Part shown: positions 52,162-62,428 of the stretch, piece after piece
Position numbering within the stretch: the first letter of the stretch is position 1
Layout of the letters: each line of letters begins with the position of its first letter
Assembly: GCA_963664375.1 (NCBI GenBank)
Contig: OY761449.1
Coordinates: 2,845,695 to 2,909,694 of the forward strand
Direction of reading: 5' to 3'
DNA: 64,000 bases
Origin: Dehalococcoidia bacterium
Lineage (GTDB): Bacteria; Chloroflexota; Dehalococcoidia; Lucifugimonadales; UBA3495
Translations under genes and position numbers: made by a program
The notes under the pieces: generated by a model
What the model was told of the DNA's origin: nothing
The model's input: the letters and a program-made list of their open reading frames with translations, nothing else
Database searches by the model: none

Positions 52162-52228
52162 AGCTTTCGTGTTTGACCCTGCTGAACCATCAGCTTTTGG
52201 ATAGCCCCGCTGCTGTGGGGCTTTTTTC
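52162..52228 (+). ncRNA. candidate about 65-nt transcript (sRNA or leader/attenuator) between the promoter and the terminator
   Basis: It is bounded by the promoter above and the terminator below. It has an internal hairpin GCUGA-ACCA-UCAGC (52181-94). No family was recognised. Confidence 0.35.
52203..52228 (+). terminator. rho-independent terminator
   Basis: AGCCCC-gctgctgt-GGGGCT followed by a run of T. No plus-strand gene lies upstream. Confidence 0.6.
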
Positions 52229-52321
52229 TAGTGTCCGGTTCGCTGGCGCAATTTTCGGGGGACGGCACGGAGGGCCTTGAGGCATTACAGGCAGTGCCCG
52301 CGGAGCGGCGGGCTGGCTGTT

Positions 52322-52396
52322 GCCCCTGTGGCGCAATGGAAGCGCAGTCGATTTGTAATCGACAGGTTAGGGGTTCGAATCCCCTCTGGGGCTCCA
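52322..52396 (+). tRNA. tRNA-Thr (anticodon TGT), CCA encoded
   Basis: Manual cloverleaf: acceptor GCCCCTG/CTGGGGC with one T-T mismatch, D stem GCGC/GCGC, anticodon arm GTCGA-TTTGTAA-TCGAC, T arm AGGGG-TTCGAAT-CCCCT. Confidence 0.85.
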
Positions 52397-52490
52397 AATC
52401 GCACTTGACCGTTCCGGCGGCCACGCAACCTGGCGCCGGATGATTGCGCCCCGGCGGGCGGATGTGCGAATATGGACAGGTCTCAATCCT

Positions 52491-52578
52491 GGAGGGGTGG
52501 GTGAGTGGTTAAAGCCACCAGACTGTAAATCTGGCGTCCGGAAGGGCTTCGCAGGTTCGAATCCTGCCCCCTCCACCA
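52491..52578 (+). tRNA. tRNA-Tyr (anticodon GTA), long variable arm, CCA encoded
   Basis: Acceptor GGAGGGG/CCCCTCC, anticodon arm CCAGA-CTGTAAA-TCTGG, T loop GGTTCGAATCC. Confidence 0.9.
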
Positions 52579-52655
52579 GAAACCGGGATCGGGCCCGTGA
52601 GCGCATCGCAGGCCAACAGCCGTGCGCTCACGAACCGGCTTTTACATTCTCATAA

Positions 52656-52730
52656 GCCCAGATAGCTCAGCGGTAGAGCACGTTCTTGGTAAGAACGGGG
52701 TCGGCGGTTCAATCCCGCCTCTGGGCTCCA
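52656..52730 (+). tRNA. tRNA-Thr (anticodon GGT), CCA encoded
   Basis: Acceptor GCCCAGA/TCTGGGC, anticodon arm CGTTC-TTGGTAA-GAACG, T loop GGTTCAATCC. It lies directly upstream of tuf, as thrT-tufB does in E. coli. Confidence 0.9.
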
Positions 52731-52797
52731 GTAAATGAACATAACAGTTGCAGGGAATCCGAACTAATTCGCTTACGCAGGGAGGACACGGCACAAG

Positions 52798-53982
<1,185 letters not shown>

Positions 53983-53995
53983 AATGTCCGCCGTA

Positions 53996-54100
53996 ATTCC
54001 CCTGTCCCTATGGGAAAGGGTCGCCAAAAATCCCCTCTCCCTCTGTGGAGAGGGGTGCCACAAATCCCCTCTCCCTCTGGGAGAGGGTCAGGGTGAGGGC
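53996..54100 (+). repeat. three tandem REP-like hairpins; the last carries a full G-tract tail
   Basis: cccctgtccctatgggaaaggg, cccctctccctctgtggagagggg, cccctctccctctgggagagggtcagggtgagggc. Confidence 0.85.
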
Positions 54101-54108
54101 ATAAAGTA

Positions 54109-54279
54109 ATGGCCAGGAAAAACGCCGACATACGGCAGATTATCACGTTGCAGTGCGGCGACTGCCGGGAGCGGAACTACACGTCGATGAAGAACCGGCG
54201 TAACGACCCGCAGCGCCTGGAGCTGCGCAAGTACTGCTCCCGCTGCCGCAGCCACCGCGCGCACCGCGAAGTGAGATAG
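54109..54279 (+). CDS. rpmG: 50S ribosomal protein L33
   Basis: This 56-aa ORF is too short for the track. Hand translation gives [56 protein letters not shown]. Confidence 0.9.
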   Translation: MARKNADIRQIITLQCGDCRERNYTSMKNRRNDPQRLELRKYCSRCRSHRAHREVR

Positions 54280-54283
54280 GGCC

Positions 54284-54535
54284 ATGGCCAGGGCCGGCAG
54301 CTCGCGCGCCCAGCGAATCCTCGCCCCGTCGGGGGGCGGCCGCGTCACGCCCGTTCAGTTCATACGCGAGACGTATGACGAACTGCGGAAATGTGTCTGG
54401 CCCAGCCGGGAGGAAACTGCGCGCCTGACCATGGTGGTAATCGTGCTTTCCGTGGCGGCCGGTTTCTTCCTCGGAGGACTGGACCGCGTGTTTGCCGAGC
54501 TGTTCAACCGGGTCATCTTTGGCCTCGGGCTGTAG
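54284..54535 (+). CDS. secE: preprotein translocase subunit SecE
   Basis: 83 aa: FIRETYDELRKCVWPSREE followed by one TM helix. The start is uncertain. Confidence 0.85.
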   Translation: MARAGSSRAQRILAPSGGGRVTPVQFIRETYDELRKCVWPSREETARLTMVVIVLSVAAGFFLGGLDRVFAELFNRVIFGLGL

Positions 54536-54630
54536 GGCCGGAATCAGGCCGCGCCGCGCCTAGGGAGTAGCCATCGCCCCCGGCCTGCCAATCGGGCTGG
54601 GGGCGTGATTCATAAGTCGGGAAGGTTCGC

Positions 54631-55215
54631 ATGACGAACGCCTACGACATTTCGGAAATCGACGACCAGTTGCAGGATATGCGCTGGTACATCGTGCACA
54701 CTTACTCTGGCCAGGAAGACCTGGTGGAGAAAAACCTGAACCTGCGCATCAACAGCCTCGACATGGAAGACCGCATCAAGCAGGTGCTGGTCCCCACCGA
54801 GGAAGAAGTCGTGTTCAAGGACGGCAAGCGCCGCTCCGAGCGAAAGAAGCTGTTCCCGGGGTACATCCTCGTCCAGATGAGCATGGACGACGAGAGCTGG
54901 TACGCCGTGCGAAACACCCCCGGAGTGACCGGGTTCGTTTCCACCGAGGACGAGCGGGACAGCCGTCCCAAGCCTGTGCCCCTCGAGGACAAGCAGATAG
55001 AGGACATCCTGAGACAGGTGGAATCGGATTCCACCCGCGTCAAGATCGCGCTGGAACGGGGCGAGACCGTCCGCATCACCGAAGGGCCTTTCGTGGACTT
55101 CATCGGCGCAATCAACGACGTGGACGAGAGCAAGGGCAAGGTGCGGGTTCTTGTCTCGTTCTTTGGACGGGAAACTCCTGTCGAACTGGATTTCCTCCAG
55201 GTCGAGAGAATCTAG
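54631..55215 (+). CDS. nusG: transcription termination/antitermination factor NusG
   Basis: 194 aa: RWYIVHTYSGQEDLVEKNL with a KOW region (GETVRITEGPFVDFIGAI). Confidence 0.92.
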   Translation: MTNAYDISEIDDQLQDMRWYIVHTYSGQEDLVEKNLNLRINSLDMEDRIKQVLVPTEEEVVFKDGKRRSERKKLFPGYILVQMSMDDESWYAVRNTPGVTGFVSTEDERDSRPKPVPLEDKQIEDILRQVESDSTRVKIALERGETVRITEGPFVDFIGAINDVDESKGKVRVLVSFFGRETPVELDFLQVERI

Positions 55216-55292
55216 CCCGCCGGAACGCATCGGATCATAATCACAGGCGGCCGTAGCAATTTGCCGCCGTCCAACGCCGTCAGGAGAGCCAA

Positions 55293-55721
55293 GTGGCGAA
55301 GAAAATCCGCGCAATCATCAAGCTGCAACTGGAAGCCGGAAAGGCCAGCCCGGCCCCGCCGGTGGGCCCGGCGCTGGGCCAGCACGGCGTGAACATCATG
55401 GGCTTTGTCAAGGAGTACAACGCCCGCACCGCCAATGACGCCGGAACCATCGTCCCGGTACACCTGACGGTCTACGAAGACCGCTCGTTCTCCTTCGTTA
55501 CCCGCACCCCTCCGGCGTCCGACCTCCTGCGGAGGGCAGCGGGGGTCGATAGGGGATCCTCGGACATCCGGCAGGGGCGCGTCGGAACCATAAGCCGCGA
55601 TGCCCTGCGGGAGATAGCCCAGGCCAAGCTGCCCGACCTCAACGCTGGCAGCGTGGACGAGGCCATGTTGATAATCGAAGGCACAGCCCGCAGTATGGGC
55701 ATACAAGTTTCTGGAGAATAG
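55293..55721 (+). CDS. rplK: 50S ribosomal protein L11
   Basis: GTG start with AGGAGAG upstream: [29 protein letters not shown]. Confidence 0.95.
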   Translation: MAKKIRAIIKLQLEAGKASPAPPVGPALGQHGVNIMGFVKEYNARTANDAGTIVPVHLTVYEDRSFSFVTRTPPASDLLRRAAGVDRGSSDIRQGRVGTISRDALREIAQAKLPDLNAGSVDEAMLIIEGTARSMGIQVSGE

Positions 55722-55723
55722 CA

Positions 55724-56440
55724 ATGCCCAGCAGAAGTCGCCGCTACAGCAATGTCGCCGAGAGGGTTGACCCCGACCGGCCCTATTCGCCGGTGGAAGC
55801 AATTGAGCTGCTCAAGGACGTTTCCACCGCCAAGTTCGACGAAACGGTGGAGTTCCACCTGAGAACCAACGTCGACCCGCGCCACGCCGACCAGATGGTT
55901 CGCGGAGTGGTCAGCATGCCCCACGGCTTGGGCAAGACCGTGCGGGTGCTGGTGTTCACCGGCGCCGACGGCGGTGAGATCGCCCGGCAGGCTGGCGCGG
56001 ACTACGTGGGCGAGGACGACCTCATCGAGCGCATCGAGGGCGGCTGGGTCGATTTCGACGTCGGGCTGGCCACGCCACAGATAATGCCGAAGATCGGCAA
56101 GCTGGGCCGTATCCTGGGCCGCCGGGGCCTCATGCCCAACCCCCGCTCCGGCACCATGGTGCAGCCCCAGGACCTGCCGAGGGCGATCCAGGAAGCCAAG
56201 GGCGGCAGGACGGAATACCGCACGGATCGCACGGCGATCATTCATTGCGCCATCGGCAAGATCAGCTTCGAGACCAACATGCTGCTCGGCAACCTCGCGG
56301 CGCTTACCTACGCCGTCATCCAGGACCGTCCGGCAGCACTCAAGGGCCAGTATTTCCGCTCGGCCTATCTGTCCTCCAGCATGGGCCCCAGCATCGGAGT
56401 AGACCTGACCGCTTTGCAGGCATTGCGTCCCGAGGACTAG
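55724..56440 (+). CDS. rplA: 50S ribosomal protein L1
   Basis: 238 aa: FDETVEFHLRTNVDPRHADQMVRG. Confidence 0.95.
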   Translation: MPSRSRRYSNVAERVDPDRPYSPVEAIELLKDVSTAKFDETVEFHLRTNVDPRHADQMVRGVVSMPHGLGKTVRVLVFTGADGGEIARQAGADYVGEDDLIERIEGGWVDFDVGLATPQIMPKIGKLGRILGRRGLMPNPRSGTMVQPQDLPRAIQEAKGGRTEYRTDRTAIIHCAIGKISFETNMLLGNLAALTYAVIQDRPAALKGQYFRSAYLSSSMGPSIGVDLTALQALRPED

Positions 56441-56458
56441 CCGGATAGAATTCAAACA

Positions 56459-56572
56459 TACAAGACTTACGCAGTTGAGCAAAAATCCCCTCCCCCTCGA
56501 GGGGGAGGGTCAGGGTGGGGGTGAAATCCCACGCATCAGACACCGTACCCAGTTGCGTAACTCCTAACACAA
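56459..56572. mobile_element. MITE-like element B, copy 3
   Basis: acaagacttacgcagttgagcaaaaat-REP-gtgaaatcccacgcatcagacaccgtacccagttgcgtaactcctaac. Confidence 0.7.
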
Positions 56573-56661
56573 TCGAATATCCGACGCCGGAGACAGCGGG
56601 TCCCATCGGGGTAATGGCCAGGCCGCCCGCCGAGGCGCGACGACAAAAACAGGGATTTCGC

Positions 56662-56698
56662 ATGCCCTGCGCCGCGTCTTTATGCCGGTGCAGGGCAT
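56662..56698 (+). promoter_or_regulatory. hairpin in the rplJ 5' leader (possible L10 autoregulatory leader)
   Basis: ATGCCCTGC-19 nt-GCAGGGCAT. The assignment is by position only. Confidence 0.25.
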
Positions 56699-56729
56699 TT
56701 GCTTTCATAGTCATTTCGGGAGGTGAGAA

Positions 56730-57257
56730 TTGCCAACACAGCAGAAAATGGACCGGGTTGAGGAACTGAAGGATCAGTTGGAGCGCAGCACCATCACCTT
56801 CAGCGCCGACTACACGCGGACCACGGTGAACCAGATGACCGAATTGCGGCGCGCAATGCGTGGCGGGGGCATCGAATTCACTGTAGTGAAGAACACCCTG
56901 ATGTACCTGGCGGCCGACCAGGCTGGCAAACCCCAGGTCAAGGATATCGTGCAGGGCCCCAGCGCAGTGGCCTTCGGGTACGACGATCCCGCGGCGGCGG
57001 CCAAGACGATCTCGGATTACGCCAGGGCCAACGCCAACTCCTTCAGCATCCGCGGCGCAGTGATGGGGGACGGCGCGGCGCTGGGGCCGGAAGGCGTAAC
57101 CCGCCTGGCCACGCTGCCGCCCAAGCCAGTGATGCTAGCCACCCTGCTGGCCCAGATGCAAGCGCCCATGGCCCGGCTGGTCGGGGCCTTGAATGGCCCG
57201 GTACAGAATCTGGACAACGTGCTGCGAGCCAGAATGCGCCAGATGGAAGAAGAGTAG
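56730..57257 (+). CDS. rplJ: 50S ribosomal protein L10
   Basis: TTG start with GGGAGGTGA upstream: STITFSADYTRTTVNQMTELRRAMR...EFTVVKNTL. Confidence 0.9.
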   Translation: MPTQQKMDRVEELKDQLERSTITFSADYTRTTVNQMTELRRAMRGGGIEFTVVKNTLMYLAADQAGKPQVKDIVQGPSAVAFGYDDPAAAAKTISDYARANANSFSIRGAVMGDGAALGPEGVTRLATLPPKPVMLATLLAQMQAPMARLVGALNGPVQNLDNVLRARMRQMEEE

Positions 57258-57299
57258 CGAGGGCTTTAACCCAAATCCGAAGAAACGAGGAATGAAGTA

Positions 57300-57686
57300 A
57301 TGCCACTGACCAAAGACGAAATCATCAGCGCCATCAAGGAAATGAACGTGGTAGACCTGGCCGACCTGGTCAAGTCGCTGGAAGAGGAATTCGGCGTGAC
57401 TGCCGCCGCGCCGATGGCCGTCGCTGCCGCCCCCGTAGCGGGAGATGCCGCCGCCGCGCCGGCCGAGGAAGAGAAGACCGAGTTCGAGGTTCGCATCGTC
57501 GAGATCGGCCCCAACAAGATCAACGTCATCAAGGCCGTGCGGGAAGTGACCTCCCTCGGTCTGCGCGAAGCCAAGGAACTGGTGGAGTCCGCCCCGGCAG
57601 CCGTCAGGGAGGACGCCCCGAAGGACGAGGCCGACGGCATCAAGGCCAAGCTCGAAGAGGCTGGCGCCGTCGTCGAGGTAAAGTAG
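57300..57686 (+). CDS. rplL: 50S ribosomal protein L7/L12
   Basis: 128 aa: EFGV...AAAP linker...[24 protein letters not shown]. Confidence 0.95.
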   Translation: MPLTKDEIISAIKEMNVVDLADLVKSLEEEFGVTAAAPMAVAAAPVAGDAAAAPAEEEKTEFEVRIVEIGPNKINVIKAVREVTSLGLREAKELVESAPAAVREDAPKDEADGIKAKLEEAGAVVEVK

Positions 57687-57715
57687 CCACATCCGCAGGC
57701 GCCGGGAGGATTGTA

Positions 57716-57949
57716 ATGGGCCGCAAGGACAGGGAACGATTCCTCCGCATGAAAGCAGACAACCCGGACTACCAGGGTTTTCGGGGGACAACAGCCGTGG
57801 CCGTCCCACCCCCTCCTCCGGCGCCTGTAACCGAGTCGGTGGCCTGCTCGGTGTGCAACCGGCGCCGGAACGTCAACGTTGACAACCTGCCCGAAGACCG
57901 CGCCACCTACGTGTGCCTCAGGTGCCAGGAGGAGCAGCAGGCCGCATAG
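57716..57949 (+). CDS. small CxxC...CxxC zinc-ribbon protein
   Basis: 77 aa with GGGAGGA 6 nt before the ATG. It contains CSVCNRR...CLRCQEE and occupies the position usually taken by rpoB. Confidence 0.55.
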   Translation: MGRKDRERFLRMKADNPDYQGFRGTTAVAVPPPPPAPVTESVACSVCNRRRNVNVDNLPEDRATYVCLRCQEEQQAA

Positions 57950-57963
57950 ACAGTGGGTAACAA

Positions 57964-58001
57964 ATCCCCTCTCCCTCCGGGAGAGGGCCAGGGTGAGGGC
58001 G
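57964..58001 (+). repeat. REP-like unit
   Basis: atcccctctccctccgggagagggccagggtgagggcg. Confidence 0.9.
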
Positions 58002-58025
58002 TCCCCTCTCTCTCCAAATCAGGCC

Positions 58026-58074
58026 GGGACAAAAGACCGCGCCCGAAAGCGTTTCGGGCGCGGTCTTTTGTCCC
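58026..58074. terminator. perfect 23-bp-stem hairpin between convergent units
   Basis: gggacaaaagaccgcgcccgaaa-gcg-tttcgggcgcggtcttttgtccc. Confidence 0.5.
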
Positions 58075-58099
58075 ATCGAAGTGCCTCTGCATCACCTTT

Positions 58100-58139
58100 T
58101 CACCCCCACACTAACCCTCCCACTCAAGGGAGAGGGAAC
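58100..58139 (-). repeat. REP-like unit
   Basis: tcacccccacactaaccctcccactcaagggagagggaac. Confidence 0.85.
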
Positions 58140-58148
58140 TATTTGGCT

Positions 58149-58250
58149 CCGTCATTCCGGCGAAAGCAGGAATCCAGGAGTGTCCGATGGACAAAGCATG
58201 GTGAGTCCGTCGATTAGTTCTGGATTCCGGCTTTCGCCGGAATGACGGGT
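58149..58250. repeat. paired-hairpin element
   Basis: ccgtcattccggcgaaagcaggaatccagga ... tctggattccggctttcgccggaatgacggg. Confidence 0.85.
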
Positions 58251-58305
58251 TAATTTGACGGCACTGCTAATCCTGCGAATCCTGATTCAGGCAAACTCTC
58301 CTTCC

Positions 58306-59709
58306 CTACCGGAAAAGGGGGAGCTGGCTGTCCAGATATTCGTAGGCCGTGTTGAACTGCATCTCGCCGCCGGGCCCTCCCATGACCTCCTCGTATTCAA
58401 CGAGGATATCCGGTTGGAGCGGCCGGTCGCCCACCCAGTTCCCGGCGGGGGTGAACCAACGCGCCGTGGGAATGTAGATGGCCGAGCCGTCGCTGAGGGA
58501 GACAAGCTCGTAGGTTGAGCCTTCCCCGGCTGAGGGCATGCCAACCAGCGTCGCCCGGCCAGCCTCGCGCAATGCGGCTGCAACCGCCTCCGCCTCACCG
58601 ATGGTCTGATCGTCAATCAGCACTGCGACCGGCAGTTCATCCAGCGAAAGGCGCCGGTCATCCTCCGGCAGCACATGTTCTCCGGGTACTCCATCCCGGC
58701 CCTCGACCGTCATGAACACTGCCCCAGGCGCCAGAAACTGCGATGCCACCTCCGCGGCGGCATCCGCCGAACCTCCCGGATTGAATCTCAGGTCGAGAAT
58801 CAGGGCCAGCGCATCAAACCTTTTCAGTTCCTCCAAGGCGTCAAAGACCTGCTGCCCGGTATTGTCGCGGAACCTGTGAATCCGTAGGTACCCTATCCCG
58901 CCCTGGGTTAGCCGGGTGGAAATGCTTTGCAGCTCCACGTTGCCGCGAAACACCTCGAGCTCCAACGGTTCCGGCTCCGAATCCCGCTCCAGCGTGAGCA
59001 GCACCTTGGTGCCTTCGTCGCCCTTTATCCTGTCGCCGACCTCGCGGGGCGTGGCGCCAGCCACTGGCTCCCGTTCTACCGCAGTGAGGACATCACCGGG
59101 CTCGATTCCGGCTTTTTCGGCGGGAGAGTCTGGAAACGGATTTAGCAGAATTCGGCCTTCGCGGGATTCGACCCTTGCCCCTATGCCAACATAGGATCCT
59201 TCCGTCAGGCTATCAAGTTGTTCCCGGGCTTCCGGCGCCTGTTCTGCGGTCAGATAGCCGGACGCCCTTTCAGGGAGGGCTTCCATCAGGCCCCTGATCA
59301 GCATGGCGGCGGTCTCGCCGTCGATGCCGTCCGGGTTCCCGGCGCGATACAACTGGGCGGCCCTCCACACGTCAACCATCCCGCCGGGAATGTTGTCCGG
59401 CACCTGGCCTCTCATCCGGCCTACCTGAACGAGAAAGGGGTACGGTTCGATTTCCCCCAACGCCATGATGCGATTTATGGCGCCCCCGGCAACGGCGTCC
59501 TCGTCAAGCGCATCGGGCACCGCGTAGTTGGCAACCAGAACGTCCCAGGCTTCCCAAACCAGGGCCATGTCTTCCGTTTCGCTTGAAACGTCGGCCTCAT
59601 CATCGCCCGCCGGTACGCCTTGCGAGCACCCAGCAGCGGCGAGGAGCGCTAGGGATAGAAGCAACATTAGGGAGAAAAGCGCAGTCTTGGAGCGGGCTGG
59701 AAATCTCAA
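58306..59709 (-). CDS. S41-family C-terminal processing peptidase with a PDZ domain (lipoprotein)
   Basis: The PDZ region is GIGARVE...PAEKAGIEPGDVL and the S41 motif is LILDLRFNPGGS. The track ORF runs to 59865. TTG 59709 has AGGTGG upstream and gives a clean signal peptide ending at the lipobox LLAAAGC. ATG 59751 is an alternative start. Confidence 0.75.
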   Translation of the reverse strand: MRFPARSKTALFSLMLLLSLALLAAAGCSQGVPAGDDEADVSSETEDMALVWEAWDVLVANYAVPDALDEDAVAGGAINRIMALGEIEPYPFLVQVGRMRGQVPDNIPGGMVDVWRAAQLYRAGNPDGIDGETAAMLIRGLMEALPERASGYLTAEQAPEAREQLDSLTEGSYVGIGARVESREGRILLNPFPDSPAEKAGIEPGDVLTAVEREPVAGATPREVGDRIKGDEGTKVLLTLERDSEPEPLELEVFRGNVELQSISTRLTQGGIGYLRIHRFRDNTGQQVFDALEELKRFDALALILDLRFNPGGSADAAAEVASQFLAPGAVFMTVEGRDGVPGEHVLPEDDRRLSLDELPVAVLIDDQTIGEAEAVAAALREAGRATLVGMPSAGEGSTYELVSLSDGSAIYIPTARWFTPAGNWVGDRPLQPDILVEYEEVMGGPGGEMQFNTAYEYLDSQLPLFR

Positions 59710-59883
59710 TTCTAAATCCCACCTGGTATTGGGTGTTTGGGCGCGAACCATTTTAACAAACCGCCCGTGCCGAAAACGGATTGTCCGGTCATTGCCAGCC
59801 ATTTGGACTGACGGTACACTGGCCGTGAGACTGGCGCGCTTGGCCGTTTGCCAGGCACATACCATACGAATGAGAGACGGGAG

Positions 59884-60204
59884 ATGTCTTCAATGATCAA
59901 AGTAACGGTCCTGTACCCCAACGATGAGGGAAAGTCGTTCAATTTTGACTACTGGTCGGGAACTCACATGGAAGTCGTTCACCGGCTGCTGGATCCCATG
60001 GGCCTGCAACGCAGCGAACTGGAAAAGGGCGTTTCCGCCGCAGACCCCAACGCGCCAGCGCCTTTCGTCGCTATGGCCAATCTGTACTTCAACACCGCCG
60101 ACGAGGTGCACGAGGGCTTCAAGACGCACGGGCGGGAAATCCTGGGGGACATCAAGAATTACACCGACATCTCCCCCCAATACCAGATAAGCGAAATCCT
60201 CTAG
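59884..60204 (+). CDS. EthD-family protein
   Basis: ATG 59884 gives MSSMIKVTVLYPNDEGKSFNFDYWSGTHMEVV...NLYFNTADE, which fits the TIGR02118-like pattern. Confidence 0.65.
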   Translation: MSSMIKVTVLYPNDEGKSFNFDYWSGTHMEVVHRLLDPMGLQRSELEKGVSAADPNAPAPFVAMANLYFNTADEVHEGFKTHGREILGDIKNYTDISPQYQISEIL

Positions 60205-60225
60205 CGGGGAAACGGGCCGGAAATC

Positions 60226-60364
60226 CTGAGAGGGTGTTTAATAAGTTCCCTCTCCCTCCGGGGGAAGGTTAGGGTGGGGGCGTACCCCTGGTTGCTCAGG
60301 AACGACAGACGCTCCGGAAATCCGCTCTTTGACAGTGAACCGAACTTATTAAACACTCTCTGAG
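60226..60364. mobile_element. MITE-like element A, copy 2 (139 bp)
   Basis: cctgagagggtgtttaataagtt-REP-cgtacccctggttgctcaggaacgacagacgc...aacttattaaacactctctgag. A solo end-like copy lies at 60379-60397. Confidence 0.8.
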
Positions 60365-60460
60365 ATGGAGCGGGCGGCCTGAGAGGGTGTGTGACGTATC
60401 CATTTCGCTTTCTGATTTGCGGGATCTCTCAGGGGGCGGTGTTTCTGTAAGTACAGGGTA

Positions 60461-60498
60461 CGCCCTCACCCTAACCCTCTCCCGGAGGGAGAGGGAAC
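60461..60498 (-). repeat. REP-like unit
   Basis: cgccctcaccctaaccctctcccggagggagagggaac. Confidence 0.9.
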
Positions 60499-60601
60499 TT
60501 GTCATACCATCTGAACCTCGAGACCGCCCGCACTGTTCTTGGGCGGCTTGCCTGGGAAATGGCCGCCCGGCTATCAACACTGAACGTTTGGGAGTCCAGC
60601 C

Positions 60602-62278
60602 ATGGCGACGCCAGCTACGGGCAATGGCAGCAGTTCCGACTCCAACCTGGAGCAGCTTTCCGAGCGGCTCATCGGCGAACACTGGAACTTTTACCCCACG
60701 GCGGGGTCGCGCATCGGGCGGCATGAATTCGACGGCAGACTGCCAGATCTGACCCCGGGCAACATCAGCCGGCGGAAACGGGAAATCCGGCGCGGCCTGT
60801 CGGACGTGCAGTCCCTGGAAAGCGCCCCACTGAGCGACGAAGAACGGCTCTCGCGGCGGATGCTGGAGCTTTTCCTGCAACGGGAACTGTTTACGTTCGA
60901 GGAGTTGCGGCCACTGGAAAACAATCCGATGCGCCAGGCGGGTTTCCTGAACGTCGGCAATTACGTCCGGCGGGACTACGCGCCATTGGAGGAGCGACTG
61001 CGCGCCGCCACATCGGCGCTGAAAGAGGTCCCCGAATTTCTGAGCGTCCTGGATGCAGCCCTGCGGGACGACCTCTCGCGGCATATCGTCGATATGAGCG
61101 TGGAGAGCTACGGCGGGATGGCGCAGTTCTACCGGAATGAACTCGCCTCTTTTGCCAACGAGGTCGATGACAAGCAGATAGCCGCCGACTTTGCCTCGTC
61201 AATCGCGGGGGCCGCGGCAGCCCTTGACGGGTTCGTGGAAAAGCTCAAGCTCCGGGCCCGCGCGGCGGACAACGACTTCGCCATCGGCAGCAACCTATAT
61301 TCCAGGATGCTGGCTACCGGAGAGGGCCTCGATCTGCCTCTGGAGCGCGTTGCCTCCATCGGCCAGGCGAACCTGGAGGAGAACCTGACGCGGCTAAGGG
61401 AGGTAGCCGCCTCCATCGCGCCGGACAAATCCGTGCAGCAGATCGTTGACGAAGTCAGCAGAACCCACCCTACGGCCCAGGGACTCATACCGGACACCAG
61501 GGAGTTGCTGGAGGACATCAGGCGCGCCCTCCTCGATCACGACATCATCTCGCTGCCGTCGGAAGACCGCTGCCAGGTCATAGAGACTCCCACCTACATG
61601 CGTTACGCCTTTGCCGCCATGGACAGCGCCGGAGCCCTGGAAACCGAGGCGACGGAGTCGTTCTACTACGTCACGCCGGTCGAGGATCACTGGACGCCGG
61701 AACAGGCGGAGGAGTGGCTGTCAAAGTTCGACTACAACACGCTCAGGATTATCTCGATACACGAGGTGTTCCCCGGTCACTTCGTGCATCACCTGCACAA
61801 CCGCTATGGCCGTGCACTGCCGCTAGTAAACCGGGTAGCCACTTCTTATGCGTTCACCGAGGGCTGGGCTCACTACACCGAGCAGATGATGCTGGAAACG
61901 GACTACGGCGCTGGCAGGCCCGAGTTGCTGTTGACGCAACTGCTGGAGGCGCTGGTGCGAAACTGCCGCTACGTGTGCTCGGTGGCCATGCACACCGGGG
62001 ATATGACGGTCGATGAAGCCACGCAGTTCTTTATGGACAACGCCTTCATGGCCGAGTATCCGTCCAGGCGGGAGGCGTTGCGGGGGACATTCGACCCCGG
62101 TTACCTCAACTACACTCTGGGCAAACTGATGATCCTCAAGCTCAGGGACGACTACCGGCGCGAACGCAACGGCGACTACAGCCTGAGGGGGTTCCACGAC
62201 CGCCTGCTTTCCTACGGCGCGCCGCCGCTTCCCCTGCTCAGAAAAGTCATGCTCTCAGGAGACAGCGCACCCCTGTAG
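60602..62278 (+). CDS. DUF885-family protein
   Basis: 558 aa: FYYVTPVEDHW...ISIHEVFPGHFVHHL...GWAHYTEQMM. GGGAG precedes the ATG. Confidence 0.7.
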   Translation: MATPATGNGSSSDSNLEQLSERLIGEHWNFYPTAGSRIGRHEFDGRLPDLTPGNISRRKREIRRGLSDVQSLESAPLSDEERLSRRMLELFLQRELFTFEELRPLENNPMRQAGFLNVGNYVRRDYAPLEERLRAATSALKEVPEFLSVLDAALRDDLSRHIVDMSVESYGGMAQFYRNELASFANEVDDKQIAADFASSIAGAAAALDGFVEKLKLRARAADNDFAIGSNLYSRMLATGEGLDLPLERVASIGQANLEENLTRLREVAASIAPDKSVQQIVDEVSRTHPTAQGLIPDTRELLEDIRRALLDHDIISLPSEDRCQVIETPTYMRYAFAAMDSAGALETEATESFYYVTPVEDHWTPEQAEEWLSKFDYNTLRIISIHEVFPGHFVHHLHNRYGRALPLVNRVATSYAFTEGWAHYTEQMMLETDYGAGRPELLLTQLLEALVRNCRYVCSVAMHTGDMTVDEATQFFMDNAFMAEYPSRREALRGTFDPGYLNYTLGKLMILKLRDDYRRERNGDYSLRGFHDRLLSYGAPPLPLLRKVMLSGDSAPL

Positions 62279-62428
62279 CTACGGGCAATCAGGCTGCCGC
62301 CGCGGGGATACGTTGGCTCATGAGTGATGATTAAGCCCGTGACAGACGATATAGAAATTCCGCATAGCTAATTTGTGACGAAAAGCGTAATATGGACTAC
62401 GGATGACCGAATCGGTAAAGATGGTGCT

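Noticed and set aside
52169-52204. An 11-codon GTG mini-ORF (VFDPAEPSAFG) could be a regulatory leader peptide upstream of the tRNA-tuf cluster.
   Set aside because: The putative SD (GAGGGAG, 52157-52163) lies at or upstream of the transcription start expected from the TATAAT box. The peptide has no amino-acid bias suggestive of attenuation. It is kept only as a remark inside the small-transcript finding.
52491-52578. The long-variable-arm tRNA could be tRNA-Sec.
   Set aside because: The anticodon loop reads CTGTAAA, so the anticodon is GTA (Tyr), not TCA. The acceptor stem is a normal 7 bp. No tRNA-Sec, selA, selB or selD is visible in this window.
53996-54100. The G-rich TTAGGG-containing repeats could be telomere-like sequence or evidence of eukaryotic contamination.
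   Set aside because: Each TTAGGG occurs once per unit within a bacterial-style palindromic repeat, and the units are dispersed between clearly bacterial operons. There are no tandem TTAGGG arrays.
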